A stretch of 64,000 bases of DNA from an uncultured Actinomycetota bacterium (GCA_963753435.1 CAVWCF010000005.1:1-64000); one strand, 5' to 3'. Positions 35,149-46,152 are shown, numbered from the stretch's first letter. Numbers and translations are program-made. The notes: generated from the sequence alone by a model not told the origin.

Positions 35149-36710
35149 GAGCGCAACCACATCCGCCGGAGCCAGTCCTCATATGGGATCACCTCTGCTG
35201 TCCAAACCGGCCAGAACCAGGCAAAGAGGACCGCAACGAGAAGCAGGTACGCGCCTACGGCCGCGGCACCCCAGACGCGCCGGTTCCCGGGCGCGTCTGC
35301 GGGCCCAAGCACCCAACCCAGCACCATCGCGATCAGGCCGCAGACGAACGGTGCCGCGGCCACGATGTACCAGGAGAAGATCGTGCGGTCACCGACCAGG
35401 AACCAGGGCAACCAGCCAGCCGCTACCCCGCCGAGCAGCGCGCCGGCTCGCCAGTCCCGGCGCCCGATCCACCAGAACAGGCCGATGGCAATAGCCGCAA
35501 TTCCGGCCCACCAAACCGCGGGGTTGCCAAGAGCGGTTACCGCCTGGGAGCAGGTTTCCGCCCCGCATGAGGTCTGGTCACCGTCGTAGAACATCGAGAC
35601 GGGGCGCGCCAGGAAGGGCCAGCCGATCGGGTCGGAGGAGTACGGGTGCTCGCTGGTGATTTGGCGCGCCGAAGCCAGGATCTCGGAGTGGAAGTGCCAC
35701 AGGCTGCGAATGGATTCGGGGATGAACGCGAAGGTGCTGTCGCGTCCAGCCGCCCATTGCCGGCTCCAGCCGCCATCCGACGCCAACCAGCCGGTCCAGG
35801 TAAGCAGGTAGGCGACTGTTCCGATTCCGACGATCCCGCCGAAGGCCGGCAGGGCGTCGCGCCGCAGCATGGCGGCCAGGGGCCGGCGAACGCCGCAGGC
35901 CTTTCGCGCGCCGGCGTCCCACAGCACGGTCATCAGCCCGAACGCGAGGACGAAGAAGACCGCGCTCCACTTCACCCCGCACGCCAGCCCGAGCGCGACC
36001 CCGGCGCCGATTCGCCACCAGCGCACGCCTAGCCGCGGACCCGCGTCGCCGACTGCGGCCAGCGGGCCCGGCCGGCGCTCGGCCCAATCGGCCAGCCGCT
36101 TGCGGGATTGGTCGCGGTCCAGCAGCAGCAGCGCGAACGCCGCGATGACGAAGAACGTCAAGAAGCCGTCCAGCAGCGCGGTGCGGGACAGCGTCAGGTG
36201 CAGCCCGTCCAGGGTCAGCAGCAACCCGGCGAAGACGCCGATGGCGGTGGAGCGGGTGAGCCGGCGAATGGCCCGGATCGTCAACAGGACCGTCAACGTG
36301 CCCACCAACGCTGCGGCGAACCGCCAGCCGAACGGGTCGGCGCCGAACAGCAACTGCCCGGCCCCGATCAGGGCCTTGCCCAAGGGCGGATGGATCACGA
36401 ATGAGGCGGCATCGCTGAATATGTCGGTGTTGCCGGCCAGCAACTCCTCGTCGGCGTTGCTGTTGGCCTGCCGTTCGTAGCCGAACTTGACGATCGAAAG
36501 ACCGTCCTTGACGTAGTACGTCTCATCGAAGACGAGGGCCTTGGGCACCGATAGGGACGTGAAGCGCGTGAACGCCGCCAAGGCCGTCACCGCTGCAGTG
36601 AGCAGCCAGGAGACCAAGGCATCGGCCGGCATCGCCGGCACCATCCGCTGCCGCAACGGCAACGCCACGGGCGCCGCCGATGTCGGTGTTGCCTGCAGCA
36701 CGGCCGTCAC
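35139..36710 (-). CDS. pmt: dolichyl/polyprenyl-phosphate-mannose protein O-mannosyltransferase
   Basis: LVFDETYYVKD, HPPLGK, PFGWRF, SRTALLDG, VKWS, HPYSS; divergent from rsmI. Confidence 0.93.
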   Translation of the reverse strand: MTAVLQATPTSAAPVALPLRQRMVPAMPADALVSWLLTAAVTALAAFTRFTSLSVPKALVFDETYYVKDGLSIVKFGYERQANSNADEELLAGNTDIFSDAASFVIHPPLGKALIGAGQLLFGADPFGWRFAAALVGTLTVLLTIRAIRRLTRSTAIGVFAGLLLTLDGLHLTLSRTALLDGFLTFFVIAAFALLLLDRDQSRKRLADWAERRPGPLAAVGDAGPRLGVRWWRIGAGVALGLACGVKWSAVFFVLAFGLMTVLWDAGARKACGVRRPLAAMLRRDALPAFGGIVGIGTVAYLLTWTGWLASDGGWSRQWAAGRDSTFAFIPESIRSLWHFHSEILASARQITSEHPYSSDPIGWPFLARPVSMFYDGDQTSCGAETCSQAVTALGNPAVWWAGIAAIAIGLFWWIGRRDWRAGALLGGVAAGWLPWFLVGDRTIFSWYIVAAAPFVCGLIAMVLGWVLGPADAPGNRRVWGAAAVGAYLLLVAVLFAWFWPVWTAEVIPYEDWLRRMWLRSWI

Positions 36711-36787
36711 CTGCCCCATCGTAGGTACGTGGCGGCTGGCGCAGAGCGCTGCGGCGCGCCTACCGCTGGCACTGCGAGGATGCGCGC

Positions 36788-37627
36788 GTGACCGGAACGC
36801 TGATCCTGGCCGCGGCGCCGATCGGGCAGCCCCAGGACGCTTCCGCGCGGTTTTGCACCGCATTGGCCGAGGTGGCGGTCATCGCGGCCGAGGACACCCG
36901 GCGCCTGCGCCGACTGACCGCGGACCTGGGCGTGCAGCCGAATGGCCGGGTGTTGTCGTTCTTCGAAGGCAATGAACGGCAGCGGCAAGACGAGTTATTG
37001 CAGTGTTTACGCGACGGCGAAGACGTGCTGGTGGTCACCGACGCAGGCATGCCCACGGTGTCCGACCCGGGCTACCGACTCGTGTCAGCGGCGGCCGCGG
37101 CCGGGATCGGCGTGACTGTCCTGCCCGGTCCCAGCGCGGTGCTCGCGGCGCTGGCGGTTTCGGGACTGCCCACGGACCGCTTCTGCTTTGAGGGGTTCCT
37201 GCCGCGGCGAAAGGCCGAACGCGCCAAGCGGCTCAGCGGCCTCGCGGCCGAACCACGGACCATGGTGTTCTTTGAGGCGCCACACCGGCTGGCGGCCAGC
37301 CTGGTCGACTGTGTCGCCGCCTTCGGCCCGCACCGGCCAGCCGTTGTGTGTCGGGAGCTGACCAAGACGCACGAAGAAATCGTCCGGGGCCCGTTGCAGT
37401 CCCTCGCGGATTGGTCCCAAGGCCAGGTTCGGGGCGAGGTCACTTTGGTCATCGCCGGCGCCGATCCGGCGCAGGCCGTCGGTGCCGAAGAGTTGGCGGC
37501 CGCGGTGGCACGGCTGACCGCGGCCGGGATGAGTCGTCGCGATGCAGTGGCCGAAGTCGCCAGATCGACCGGTGCCGCCAAACGGGCGGTTTACGCAGCG
37601 GCCTTGGGGGAGTCGGCTCGCCCCTAG
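36788..37627 (+). CDS. rsmI: 16S rRNA C1402 2'-O-methyltransferase
   Basis: [41 protein letters not shown]. Confidence 0.96.
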   Translation: MTGTLILAAAPIGQPQDASARFCTALAEVAVIAAEDTRRLRRLTADLGVQPNGRVLSFFEGNERQRQDELLQCLRDGEDVLVVTDAGMPTVSDPGYRLVSAAAAAGIGVTVLPGPSAVLAALAVSGLPTDRFCFEGFLPRRKAERAKRLSGLAAEPRTMVFFEAPHRLAASLVDCVAAFGPHRPAVVCRELTKTHEEIVRGPLQSLADWSQGQVRGEVTLVIAGADPAQAVGAEELAAAVARLTAAGMSRRDAVAEVARSTGAAKRAVYAAALGESARP

Positions 37628-37637
37628 GATCGCGCTC

Positions 37638-39422
37638 ATGTCCAGCCCGATCCTCACCGCAGTCGCCTGGCCGTACGCGAACGGGCCGCGGCATATCGGC
37701 CACGTCTCCGGCTTCGGTGTGCCTTCGGACGTCTTCAGCAGGTACATGCGCATGGCCGGGCACGACGTACTGATGGTCAGCGGCACCGACGAGCACGGCA
37801 CGCCGATCCAGGTGCAGGCCGACGCCGAGGGGGTTTCGGCTCGCGAGCTGGCAGACCGCTACAACCGAGTGATCGTTGAGGACCTTGCCGGTCTGGGGCT
37901 GTCGTACGACCTGTTCACCAGGACGACCACCCGCAACCACTACGCGACTGTGCAGGAGATCTTCCGCACGCTCTTCAACAACGGCTACGTCGTGCCGCGG
38001 ACCATGATGGGGGCGATCAGCCCGTCCACCGGGCGCACGCTGCCGGATCGCTACATCGAAGGCACCTGCCCCATCTGCGGGTACGACGGCGCCCGCGGGG
38101 ACCAGTGCGACAACTGCGGCAACCAGCTGGACCCCGCAGATCTGAAGAACCCGCGTAGCCGCATCAACGGCGAAGTGCCGAAGTTCGTCGAAACCGAGCA
38201 CTTCTTCCTGGACTTGCCGGCGTTCGCCAACTCGCTGGGTACCTGGCTGTCCACACGGACCGACTGGCGGCCCAACGTCCTGAAGTTCAGCATGAACTTG
38301 CTTGAGGACCTGCAGCACCGCGCGATCAGCCGGGATCTCGATTGGGGCGTGCCCATCCCCTTGGAGGGTTGGGAGAACCGCGACGACAAGCGCCTCTACG
38401 TGTGGTTCGACGCGGTCATCGGCTACCTGTCCGCCTCCGTCGAATGGGCTCGGCGCTCCGGCGACCCCGACGCCTGGCGCAACTGGTGGCAGAACCCCGA
38501 CGCCAAGTCCTACTACTTCATGGGCAAGGACAACATCGTCTTCCACTCGGTGATCTGGCCCAGCATCCTGCTTGGGTACGACGGGCGTGGTGACCACGGT
38601 GGCGAGGCCGGCAGCCTCGGCGCGCTGTCACTACCCACCGAAGTGGTCAGCAGCGAGTTCCTGACCATGGAGGGTCAGAAGTTCTCCTCCTCCAGATCTG
38701 TCGTCATCTACGTCCGGGACTTCCTGGAGCGTTACGACGCCGATTCGTTGCGCTACTTCATCGCCGCGGCCGGCCCGGAGAACCAGGACACCGACTTCAC
38801 CTGGGAACAGTTCGTTCGCCGCAACAACGACGAGTTGGTCGCCGGCTGGGGCAACTTGGTCAACCGGTCGGTGTCGATGGCGGCGAAGAACTTCGGAGCG
38901 GTGCCACCTGCCGGGCCGTTGACTGACACCGACCGGGCGTTGCTGGACACCGTCGGCGGGACGTTCAAAACGGTCGGTACCGCGCTGGGTGCAAGCCGGT
39001 TCAAGGTCGGTATCGGCGAGGCGATGCGGGCAGTGGCCGAGGCGAACAAGTACCTGTCCGAAACGGCCCCGTGGAAGCTGAAGGAATCCGACCCGGAGCG
39101 GATGGGGACGATCCTGCACGTGGCCCTGCAGGCCGTTACGGACTGCAACACGATGCTTGCCCCATTCCTGCCGCACGCCGCCCAGCGGGTGCACGAGGTT
39201 CTCGGCGGTAGCGGTGACTTCACCCGCATGCCCGAGATTCACCAGGTCAGCGAACAAGGAAACGCCGACTACCCGGTCCTCATGGGTGACTACGACACCG
39301 GCGTGACCTGGGGTCCGCGGCCGATCTCTGCGGGGGTGCCGCTGGCCGCGCCGACGCCGGTCTTCACCAAGCTCGACCCGGCGATCGTGGATGAGGAACT
39401 GGCTCGACTGGAGCAGGCATGA
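37638..39422 (+). CDS. metG: methionine--tRNA ligase
   Basis: [18 protein letters not shown], zinc knuckle CPIC/CDNC, YVWFDA, KFSSS. Confidence 0.98.
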   Translation: MSSPILTAVAWPYANGPRHIGHVSGFGVPSDVFSRYMRMAGHDVLMVSGTDEHGTPIQVQADAEGVSARELADRYNRVIVEDLAGLGLSYDLFTRTTTRNHYATVQEIFRTLFNNGYVVPRTMMGAISPSTGRTLPDRYIEGTCPICGYDGARGDQCDNCGNQLDPADLKNPRSRINGEVPKFVETEHFFLDLPAFANSLGTWLSTRTDWRPNVLKFSMNLLEDLQHRAISRDLDWGVPIPLEGWENRDDKRLYVWFDAVIGYLSASVEWARRSGDPDAWRNWWQNPDAKSYYFMGKDNIVFHSVIWPSILLGYDGRGDHGGEAGSLGALSLPTEVVSSEFLTMEGQKFSSSRSVVIYVRDFLERYDADSLRYFIAAAGPENQDTDFTWEQFVRRNNDELVAGWGNLVNRSVSMAAKNFGAVPPAGPLTDTDRALLDTVGGTFKTVGTALGASRFKVGIGEAMRAVAEANKYLSETAPWKLKESDPERMGTILHVALQAVTDCNTMLAPFLPHAAQRVHEVLGGSGDFTRMPEIHQVSEQGNADYPVLMGDYDTGVTWGPRPISAGVPLAAPTPVFTKLDPAIVDEELARLEQA

Positions 39423-39877
39423 ATCGCAGCGAGCTGATCGCCCATTACGAGGCGGGCACCGCAGCCGTGTTGGCGGCACTGGCCGATGCCAGTGACGCCG
39501 AACTAGACCGGCGACCCGAGGGTGGCTGGACGGCCAGGGAGGTCGTTCATCACCTGGCCGATGCGGAGACACGATCGGCGGTGCGACTGCGGCAGCTACT
39601 GGCGGAGGACCACCCGGTCATAGTCGGCTACGACGAGGAGCAGTACACCCGGAGACTTCGATACGAACGCCCGCTGGGGGCCTCGCTGCGGATCGTGGAG
39701 GCGGTCCGTCTCGGCAACTCCGAGTTGCTGGCTACCGTCACCGACGCCGACTTCGACCGCCCCGGATTCCACACCGACGCCGGCCCGTACGGGCTGGGGG
39801 ACTGGCTGGCGATCTATGCGGCGCATGCGCACGAGCACGCTGACCAGATCCGGCGCGCGCGGCTCGGACAGGCGTGA
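39419..39877 (+). CDS. DinB family protein
   Basis: [25 protein letters not shown]. Confidence 0.88.
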   Translation: MNRSELIAHYEAGTAAVLAALADASDAELDRRPEGGWTAREVVHHLADAETRSAVRLRQLLAEDHPVIVGYDEEQYTRRLRYERPLGASLRIVEAVRLGNSELLATVTDADFDRPGFHTDAGPYGLGDWLAIYAAHAHEHADQIRRARLGQA

Positions 39878-40740
39878 CGGACTCGTATCCGCCCCCGCCG
39901 GACGGCTTGCCGGGCCCGGCGGTTGATTCGCACTGTCACCTGGACATGTCCCTGCATGACGCGGACCATCCGGCGCCCACCGTCGAGGTCGCCCAGTCCC
40001 GGGCAGCAGCCGTCGGGGTGACTCGCATCGTCCAGGTCGGCTGCGATCGGGCCGGCGCCGCGTGGGCTGCGGAAACGGCCGAGCGGCACGACGGCATCGT
40101 GGCCGCGGTTGGTCTGCATCCCAACGAGGCACCTCGACTGGCCGCGTCCGGCCAGCTGGAGACCGGGCTGGCTGAGGTCGAGGAGTTGCTACGTCGCGAG
40201 CGCGTGCGCGGCGTCGGTGAGACGGGACTGGACTATTACCGAACCGGCCCCGAAGGGCGTGCGGTTCAACAGGAGTCGTTTCGTGCGCACATTCGCCTGG
40301 CCCGGCAGTACGACAAGGCGTTGGTCATCCATGACCGGGATGCGCACGACGACGTCATCGACGTGCTCGAGGACGAGGGCCCACCGCCGCGGGTGGTCTT
40401 TCACTGCTTCAGCGGCGATGCGGTGATGGCCCGGCGGTGCGTCGCCAACGGCTGGGTGCTGTCCTTCGCGGGCGTGCTCACCTTCCGAAACGCGCCGGGG
40501 CTGCGCGCGGCCGCGGCCGAAGTGGGGCCCGGATCAGTTCTGGTCGAGACCGACGCCCCCTACCTGACCCCGATGCCGCATCGCGGCCGGCCGAATGCGT
40601 CCTACCTGATCCCCTTGACCGTCGCGGAACTGGCCCGGATCTGGGGGATGACCGACCTGGAGGTCTGCACGACCACGACCGAATCGGCCCTGGCGGTGTT
40701 CGGGGATTGGGCGCCGTACGACCCGTCCAAACCGGGATAA
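39874..40740 (+). CDS. tatD: TatD family DNase
   Basis: DSHCHL, GLHPN, VGETGLDY, IHDRDA, FHCFSG, ETDAPY. Confidence 0.95.
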   Translation: MTDSYPPPPDGLPGPAVDSHCHLDMSLHDADHPAPTVEVAQSRAAAVGVTRIVQVGCDRAGAAWAAETAERHDGIVAAVGLHPNEAPRLAASGQLETGLAEVEELLRRERVRGVGETGLDYYRTGPEGRAVQQESFRAHIRLARQYDKALVIHDRDAHDDVIDVLEDEGPPPRVVFHCFSGDAVMARRCVANGWVLSFAGVLTFRNAPGLRAAAAEVGPGSVLVETDAPYLTPMPHRGRPNASYLIPLTVAELARIWGMTDLEVCTTTTESALAVFGDWAPYDPSKPG

Positions 40741-40755
40741 AAGGTGCGGATGGTG

Positions 40756-40771
40756 TGTGAAACATGTCACA
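40756..40771. promoter_or_regulatory. CRP/GlxR binding site upstream of rpfB
   Basis: Perfect TGTGA-N6-TCACA. Confidence 0.75.
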
Positions 40772-40921
40772 GGAGCCTGTGAAAGACGTCCAGATCCGGT
40801 TGGCGTAAGGCAGCTCGGGTAGCTACGGTCTCGTCCTTGACCGCCGGATCGGGGCTCGATTTCGGCGGCCGACTTGTGTCGGCCCTGCCCCGTGCCCGGG
40901 ACCTGTGACCTCAGGAGTTCG

Positions 40922-42061
40922 ATGTTCCGCTCGATGCCGCGACTGACCCGCCGCGCCCGAATCCTGGGCGCAGCCACCGCCGCCTTCGCGGTGGGGGCTG
41001 TTGGGCTGGGGGTCGTTTGGGGGTCGGCCGCGCACGCGGTCACCATCAGCATCGATGGAACCGAGACCGAGGTTTCGACTCGGGTCGGCACGGTCGGGGA
41101 GTTGCTCCAGGAGCAAGGCGTCGAAGTGGACGCGCAGGACGCGGTCGCGCCGGCCCCGGAGACGGAACTGAGCGATGGCCTGTTCATCGTCTTCCGCAAC
41201 GGCAAGTTGATCAACTGGGTCGTCGACGGGCAAGAACGCCCGCTGTGGACCACTGCCGACACTGTTGGTGAGGCGGTGATCGCGCTCGGCGAGCGCGCGC
41301 GAAGCGCTTGGCTGTCGGTCGATCGAAGCAAGCGGATCCCCGTCGATGGGTTGGCGGTGGACGTGCGCCTGCCCAAGTCAGCGTCGGTCACGGCCGATGG
41401 TGCGACCGAGACCGCGGCCACGACCGCCGTCACCGTTGCGGAGCTCCTGTCCGAACTCGGCATCAGCCTCGCGGCGACGGACTTGGTCAAGCCAACTCCG
41501 GAGACCGCGGTCACCGAGGGCCTGTCCGTCCGGGTGTACCGAGTTGAAATCAGCGACTTCACCCGGCGCGTGGGGGTGCCCTTCCCCACCGAGAAACGCA
41601 ACGACGCGTCCATGTACGTCGGCACCACCAAGGTGGTTACGGCCGGCCAGAACGGCGTGGCCGTGCAGACCTTCAAGCGCACCACTCGCGATGGCGTGGT
41701 GGTGACCGAGAAGCTGGCGTCCACAAAGGTGACCACTCAGCCCACACCGCAGATCGTGGCCGTAGGGACCAAGCAGCGCCCGGCGCCCAAGCCGACCGCC
41801 ACCAAGTCCTACAACGTGTCCGCCGACGGACTGAACTGGGCCGCGTTGGCCCGCTGCGAGTCCGGTGGCAATCCGCGGGCGGTCAACCCGGCCGGCTACT
41901 ACGGCCTGTACCAGTTCTCCCTGAGCACTTGGCGCGCCGTCGGCGGATCCGGCAACCCAGCCGATGCCAGCTCCTCGGAGCAGACCTACCGGGCACAGTT
42001 GCTCTACAAGCGCTCCGGTGCCGGCCAGTGGCCGCACTGCGGCAAGTACCTGTTCACCTGA
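40922..42061 (+). CDS. rpfB: resuscitation-promoting factor RpfB (DUF348 x3, G5, transglycosylase)
   Basis: AGGAG RBS; WAALARCESGGNP, YYGLYQF, QWPHC; tatD-rpfB-rsmA-ispE synteny. Confidence 0.93.
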   Translation: MFRSMPRLTRRARILGAATAAFAVGAVGLGVVWGSAAHAVTISIDGTETEVSTRVGTVGELLQEQGVEVDAQDAVAPAPETELSDGLFIVFRNGKLINWVVDGQERPLWTTADTVGEAVIALGERARSAWLSVDRSKRIPVDGLAVDVRLPKSASVTADGATETAATTAVTVAELLSELGISLAATDLVKPTPETAVTEGLSVRVYRVEISDFTRRVGVPFPTEKRNDASMYVGTTKVVTAGQNGVAVQTFKRTTRDGVVVTEKLASTKVTTQPTPQIVAVGTKQRPAPKPTATKSYNVSADGLNWAALARCESGGNPRAVNPAGYYGLYQFSLSTWRAVGGSGNPADASSSEQTYRAQLLYKRSGAGQWPHCGKYLFT

Positions 42062-42140
42062 GCCGCCACCGGCGGTAGGCGACCTTGAGGTGAGCGCGGC
42101 GGCGGCTTGTGCCGGCCGCGCCAGCCCATAGATTCCGCGC

Positions 42141-42995
42141 ATGCGCCTGCTGGGTCCCGCCGACGTGCGCGCCTTGGCCGCCGAACTGAACCTGCGCCCG
42201 ACCAAGACCCGCGGTCAGAACTTCGTCGTGGACGCGAACACGGTGCGCCGCATCGCCCGGGCGGCCAACGTCGGCCCCCAAGACACGGTGCTGGAGATCG
42301 GTCCCGGTCTTGGTTCCCTGACCCTGGCCTTGCTGGAGACGGGCGCGAACGTGACCGGGGTGGAGGTGGACCCGGTCCTTGCTGATGCCTTGCCCAACAC
42401 CATCGCGGAGTACGCCCCGGAAGCTGCGCAGCGGTTCGCGGTCGTCTGCGCCGACGCGGTCACGCTGGAAGAACTACCGGGGCCGGCGCCGACGGCCCTG
42501 GTGGCGAACCTGCCGTACAACGTGGCCGTCCCGGCGCTGCTGAACGCACTACAGCGGTTCGACTCGCTGCAGCGGGCGCTGGTGATGGTGCAGGCCGAGG
42601 TGGCCGACCGACTCGCAGCCCCGCCCGGTAGCCGCGTTTACGGCGTTCCGTCGGTGAAGGCGCGCTGGTACGGGGAGGTGCGGCGCGCGGGCTCGGTGAG
42701 CCGCTCGGTGTTCTGGCCGGTGCCGCGGGTCGACTCTGGGCTTGTGGCAATCGAACGGTCGGCGACCCCGCAGGCCGACCGACAAGCGGTGTTCGCCGTC
42801 GTGGACGCCGCGTTCGCGCAGCGGCGCAAGACGTTGCGGGCAGCGCTGGCCGGCTGGGCCGGATCCGCAGACCGAGCCGAAAACATCCTCCGGGCGGCCG
42901 AGGTGGATCCGCGGGCTCGCGGGGAGACGCTGGACCTGGACGCGTTCATCCGAATCGCCTTCGCTGCGCAGGCCGTACCTGAAGTTCCTCGTTAG
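42141..42995 (+). CDS. rsmA: 16S rRNA adenine dimethyltransferase
   Basis: [33 protein letters not shown]. Confidence 0.97.
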   Translation: MRLLGPADVRALAAELNLRPTKTRGQNFVVDANTVRRIARAANVGPQDTVLEIGPGLGSLTLALLETGANVTGVEVDPVLADALPNTIAEYAPEAAQRFAVVCADAVTLEELPGPAPTALVANLPYNVAVPALLNALQRFDSLQRALVMVQAEVADRLAAPPGSRVYGVPSVKARWYGEVRRAGSVSRSVFWPVPRVDSGLVAIERSATPQADRQAVFAVVDAAFAQRRKTLRAALAGWAGSADRAENILRAAEVDPRARGETLDLDAFIRIAFAAQAVPEVPR

Positions 42996-43005
42996 CCTCG
43001 CAGGC

Positions 43006-43890
43006 ATGGTCGAGGTGCGCGTGCCGGCGAAGGTCAACTTGCAGTTGTCCGTCGGCGGCGCCGGTCCGGACGGCTACCACGACATCGCGACCGTGTTCCA
43101 GGCGGTCGCGGTCTACGACCACGTTGTGGCGCAGTCCGCCGATGGCGTGTCCGTAAAGGTCGAGGGGTCTGCCGACGTTCCCACGGGTCCGGACAACCTG
43201 GCCGTGCGCGCTGCGCAGGCTTTGGCCGACTACGCGGAGGTGCCTTGCGATGTCTCCTTGACGATTCGCAAGCAGATCCCGGTCGCGGCGGGGATGGCGG
43301 GGGGCAGCGCTGATGCGGCGGGCGCGTTGTTGGCCTGCGACGCGCTCTGGGGACTGCACACACCGCGCGACGAACTGGAGTCGCTGGCGGCCGGGCTCGG
43401 CGCAGACGTGCCGTTCGCACTGTTGGGCGGCACCGCCCTGGGCACCGGGCGCGGGGATCGATTGACCCCGGTACTGGCCGCCGGCAGCTATCACTGGGTC
43501 TTCGCCGTGAGCGACTTCGCGCTGTCGACCCCACTCGTGTATGCGGAGTTGGATCGGCTGCGGGAAGGGTCTGTGCTGCCCGAGCCGGCAGTGACCGACC
43601 GGATGCTGACGGCAGTTCGGCGTGGGGACGCCGTTGAGTTGGGCAAATGCCTGCGCAACGACATGCAGCGAGCGGCGGTGAGCCTGAGACCGCAGCTACA
43701 ACTGGTGCTGGAAGTGGCGGAGGAGTACGGAGCGCTTGGCTCGATCGTGTCCGGCTCGGGCCCAACCGTGGCCTGCTTGGCCCGCGATGAGGAACACGCC
43801 CTGGACCTGGCCGTGGCCCTTACCGCCAGTGGCGTCTGCCCCAAGGTGCTGCGCGCAACCGGCCCGGTCGGCGGTGCCCGCTTGGTCTGA
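43006..43890 (+). CDS. ispE: 4-diphosphocytidyl-2-C-methyl-D-erythritol kinase
   Basis: PAKVNL, GYHD, IPVAAGMAGGSADAA, SGSGPT. Confidence 0.96.
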   Translation: MVEVRVPAKVNLQLSVGGAGPDGYHDIATVFQAVAVYDHVVAQSADGVSVKVEGSADVPTGPDNLAVRAAQALADYAEVPCDVSLTIRKQIPVAAGMAGGSADAAGALLACDALWGLHTPRDELESLAAGLGADVPFALLGGTALGTGRGDRLTPVLAAGSYHWVFAVSDFALSTPLVYAELDRLREGSVLPEPAVTDRMLTAVRRGDAVELGKCLRNDMQRAAVSLRPQLQLVLEVAEEYGALGSIVSGSGPTVACLARDEEHALDLAVALTASGVCPKVLRATGPVGGARLV

Positions 43891-43931
43891 CCTTCGGGTC
43901 GATGCCCACGGCTGGACGCACCCGCCGCTGG

Positions 43932-44450
43932 CTACTGGTCCATCGCGTTGTCGAACGGCAGGACCAGCGTTCGCAGCCAGCCGGCCAGGGAGTCCTGCTG
44001 CGCTGGGGTCAGGACGCTGAGGATCTCCCGTTCCCGATCGAGCAGTGCGGACAAGGTGGCATCGACGCGCCGGCGGCCCGATGGCGTCAACCGGACCAGC
44101 ACCCCCCGGCGGTCGTGTGGGTCGGGCAGGCGTTCGACGAGTCCCTTGTCGGACAGCCGATCGATTCGGTGCGTCATCGTTCCGCTGGTCACCAAGGTGC
44201 GACTGAGCAGGGCACCGGGAGACATCTGGTGCGGCGGGCCATGGCGGCGAAGCGCGGTAAGCACATCGAACTCCCACGGCTCGATGTCGTGCTCGGTGAA
44301 GGTGGCGCGGCGGGCCAGGTCGAGGTGGCGCGCCAATCTGCCGACCCGGCTCAGCACCTGCAGGGGGGCCACGTCCAGATCCGGGCGCACCCGACCCCAA
44401 GCGGCGACCAACTCGTCCACCTCGTCGGTGGGCTCGGTCGACTCGCTCAT
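43932..44450 (-). CDS. tamR: MarR family regulator, TamR/UrtR-type
   Basis: DEVDELVAAWGRVRPDLD N-terminal helix with Trp, WEFDVLTALRR, VTSGTMT. Confidence 0.8.
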   Translation of the reverse strand: MSESTEPTDEVDELVAAWGRVRPDLDVAPLQVLSRVGRLARHLDLARRATFTEHDIEPWEFDVLTALRRHGPPHQMSPGALLSRTLVTSGTMTHRIDRLSDKGLVERLPDPHDRRGVLVRLTPSGRRRVDATLSALLDREREILSVLTPAQQDSLAGWLRTLVLPFDNAMDQ

Positions 44451-44468
44451 GCGGCGAGCGTAGACCGT

Positions 44469-44486
44469 TATCTCGACATCGAGACT
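44469..44486. promoter_or_regulatory. palindromic TamR-type operator
   Basis: TATCTCGACATCGAGACT just upstream of the TACGCT -10 of the MarR gene. Confidence 0.7.
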
Positions 44487-44513
44487 CTTGATGCTGCTAC
44501 GGCACCGAGGCCG

Positions 44514-45182
44514 CTACTTGCGCCGAGGTCCCACCAGACGCGGCTTGGGCTCCAGGTGCGCTAGGCCGTTCCAGGCCAGGTTGACCAGGTGCGAGACGAC
44601 ATCGGGCTTGCGCGGCTTGCGCACGTCCAGCCACCACTCGCCCGTCAACGCCACCATGCCGACGAGCATCTGGCTGTACAGCGGCGCCTGCTTCTGGTCG
44701 AAGCCCCGCGCCTTGAACTCCGCCGACAGGAGGTGCTCCACGCGCGAGGCGATGTCGGAGATCAGCGATGCGAAGCTGCCAGCCTGCGAGCCGGTCGAGG
44801 AGTCGCGTACCAGGATCCGGAAGCCGTCGGAGTGCGACTCGATGTAGTCCAGCAGTGCGAACGCGGCGCGCTCCAGCAACTCGCGTGGATGCGTCGCGGC
44901 GTCGCGGTCGGTGCCGGTCAGCGCTTCGGTGACGCCGCTGAGCAACGTGGACATCTCCCGGTCCACGACGACGGCGTATAGGCCTTCCTTACCGCCGAAG
45001 TGTTCGTAGACCACCGGTTTGGAGACGCTCGCCTCGGCAGCGATCTCCTCCACGGAGGTGCCGTCGAAGCCTTTCTCGGCGAACAGGCGCCTGCCGACGT
45101 CGACCAGTTGGGCGCGCCGCTGGGCGCCGGTCATGCGCCCCTTGGGGGCCGAAGGCTGGTCGGTCACGCCGGCATTGTCCAT
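44514..45182 (-). CDS. TetR family regulator (Rv1019-like)
   Basis: RMTGAQRRAQLVDVGR, SVEEIA..VSKPVVYEHFGGKEGLY. Confidence 0.93.
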   Translation of the reverse strand: MDNAGVTDQPSAPKGRMTGAQRRAQLVDVGRRLFAEKGFDGTSVEEIAAEASVSKPVVYEHFGGKEGLYAVVVDREMSTLLSGVTEALTGTDRDAATHPRELLERAAFALLDYIESHSDGFRILVRDSSTGSQAGSFASLISDIASRVEHLLSAEFKARGFDQKQAPLYSQMLVGMVALTGEWWLDVRKPRKPDVVSHLVNLAWNGLAHLEPKPRLVGPRRK

Positions 45183-45192
45183 GCCGGGCGGC

Positions 45193-46152
45193 TCACTTGG
45201 GCAATCGAGCGATGATGCGGGGGTCGTCGGTGGCCAGCCGGGAGATCAGGCGTTCGCGCTTGGGCCAGCGCACGTCCCAGGCCCAACCCGCCCGCTCGGC
45301 CTGCTTGATGGCCCAGGCGGACACGTCCACCTGCCCTTTGAGCACGCCGTGGCGGGCGCAGGTCGGGTCGGCATGGTGCAGGTTGTGCCACGACTCGCCC
45401 AGGCTCGGGAGGGCCAACCACCACACGTTGCCGGACTCGTCGCGGCTCTTGAACGGGTGCTTGCCGAACACATGGCAGACGGAGTTGATGCTCCAGGTGA
45501 TGTGGTGAACCAACGCAACGCGAACCAGCGACGCCCAGAAGAGGGCGGTCAGCGCGCCGGCCCAGGACCAGGTCAGCAGGCCGCCGAGCACTCCCGGCAG
45601 CAACAAGGTGATGAGCACGATGCGCGGGAACCACTTGGAGATGGTCATCACATCGCGGTCCTGCAACAGGTCGGGGGCGTACTGCTGCCGACTGGTCTGC
45701 TCCATGTCGAAGAGCCAGCCGATGTGGGCGTAGAAGAGGCCCTTGGTCAGGCCCCACGTGGAGTCGCCGTAGCGCCAAGGGGAGTGCGGGTCACCGTCGG
45801 CGTCGGAGAAGGCGTGGTGCTTGCGGTGGTCGGCCACCCAACGCACGATCGGACCTTCCACTGCCGCCGATCCGGACACGCCCAGCACGATCGTGAGCCA
45901 GCGGTTGGCCTTGAAGGATCCGTGGGTGAAGTAGCGGTGGTAGCCGATCGTGATGCCGGCGGCCGGGATCACGTAGAAGATCGCGGTGAGGATCACGTCG
46001 GTCCAGGACAGCCAGCCGCCCCAGGCCACGGGCACGGCCGCGGCCACGGCCAGCAGCGGTACTGCGATGAAGACGGTCAGCAGAACCTGCTCCGCGACCG
46101 ACTTGCGTTCGGACTCGAACTGCGGCCGTGAGGTGCGGGTGGTGACTGTCAT
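45193..46152 (-). CDS. acyl-CoA (delta-9) desaturase
   Basis: His boxes YHRYFTH, DHRKHH, WHNLHH; DPHSP. Confidence 0.94.
   Translation of the reverse strand: MTVTTRTSRPQFESERKSVAEQVLLTVFIAVPLLAVAAAVPVAWGGWLSWTDVILTAIFYVIPAAGITIGYHRYFTHGSFKANRWLTIVLGVSGSAAVEGPIVRWVADHRKHHAFSDADGDPHSPWRYGDSTWGLTKGLFYAHIGWLFDMEQTSRQQYAPDLLQDRDVMTISKWFPRIVLITLLLPGVLGGLLTWSWAGALTALFWASLVRVALVHHITWSINSVCHVFGKHPFKSRDESGNVWWLALPSLGESWHNLHHADPTCARHGVLKGQVDVSAWAIKQAERAGWAWDVRWPKRERLISRLATDDPRIIARLPK

Noticed and set aside
40790-40921. c-di-AMP (ydaO) riboswitch upstream of the rpf gene
   Set aside because: The hallmark GAATCC...AGGA.CGGGGGA.CC...GGGGTGAA blocks are absent.
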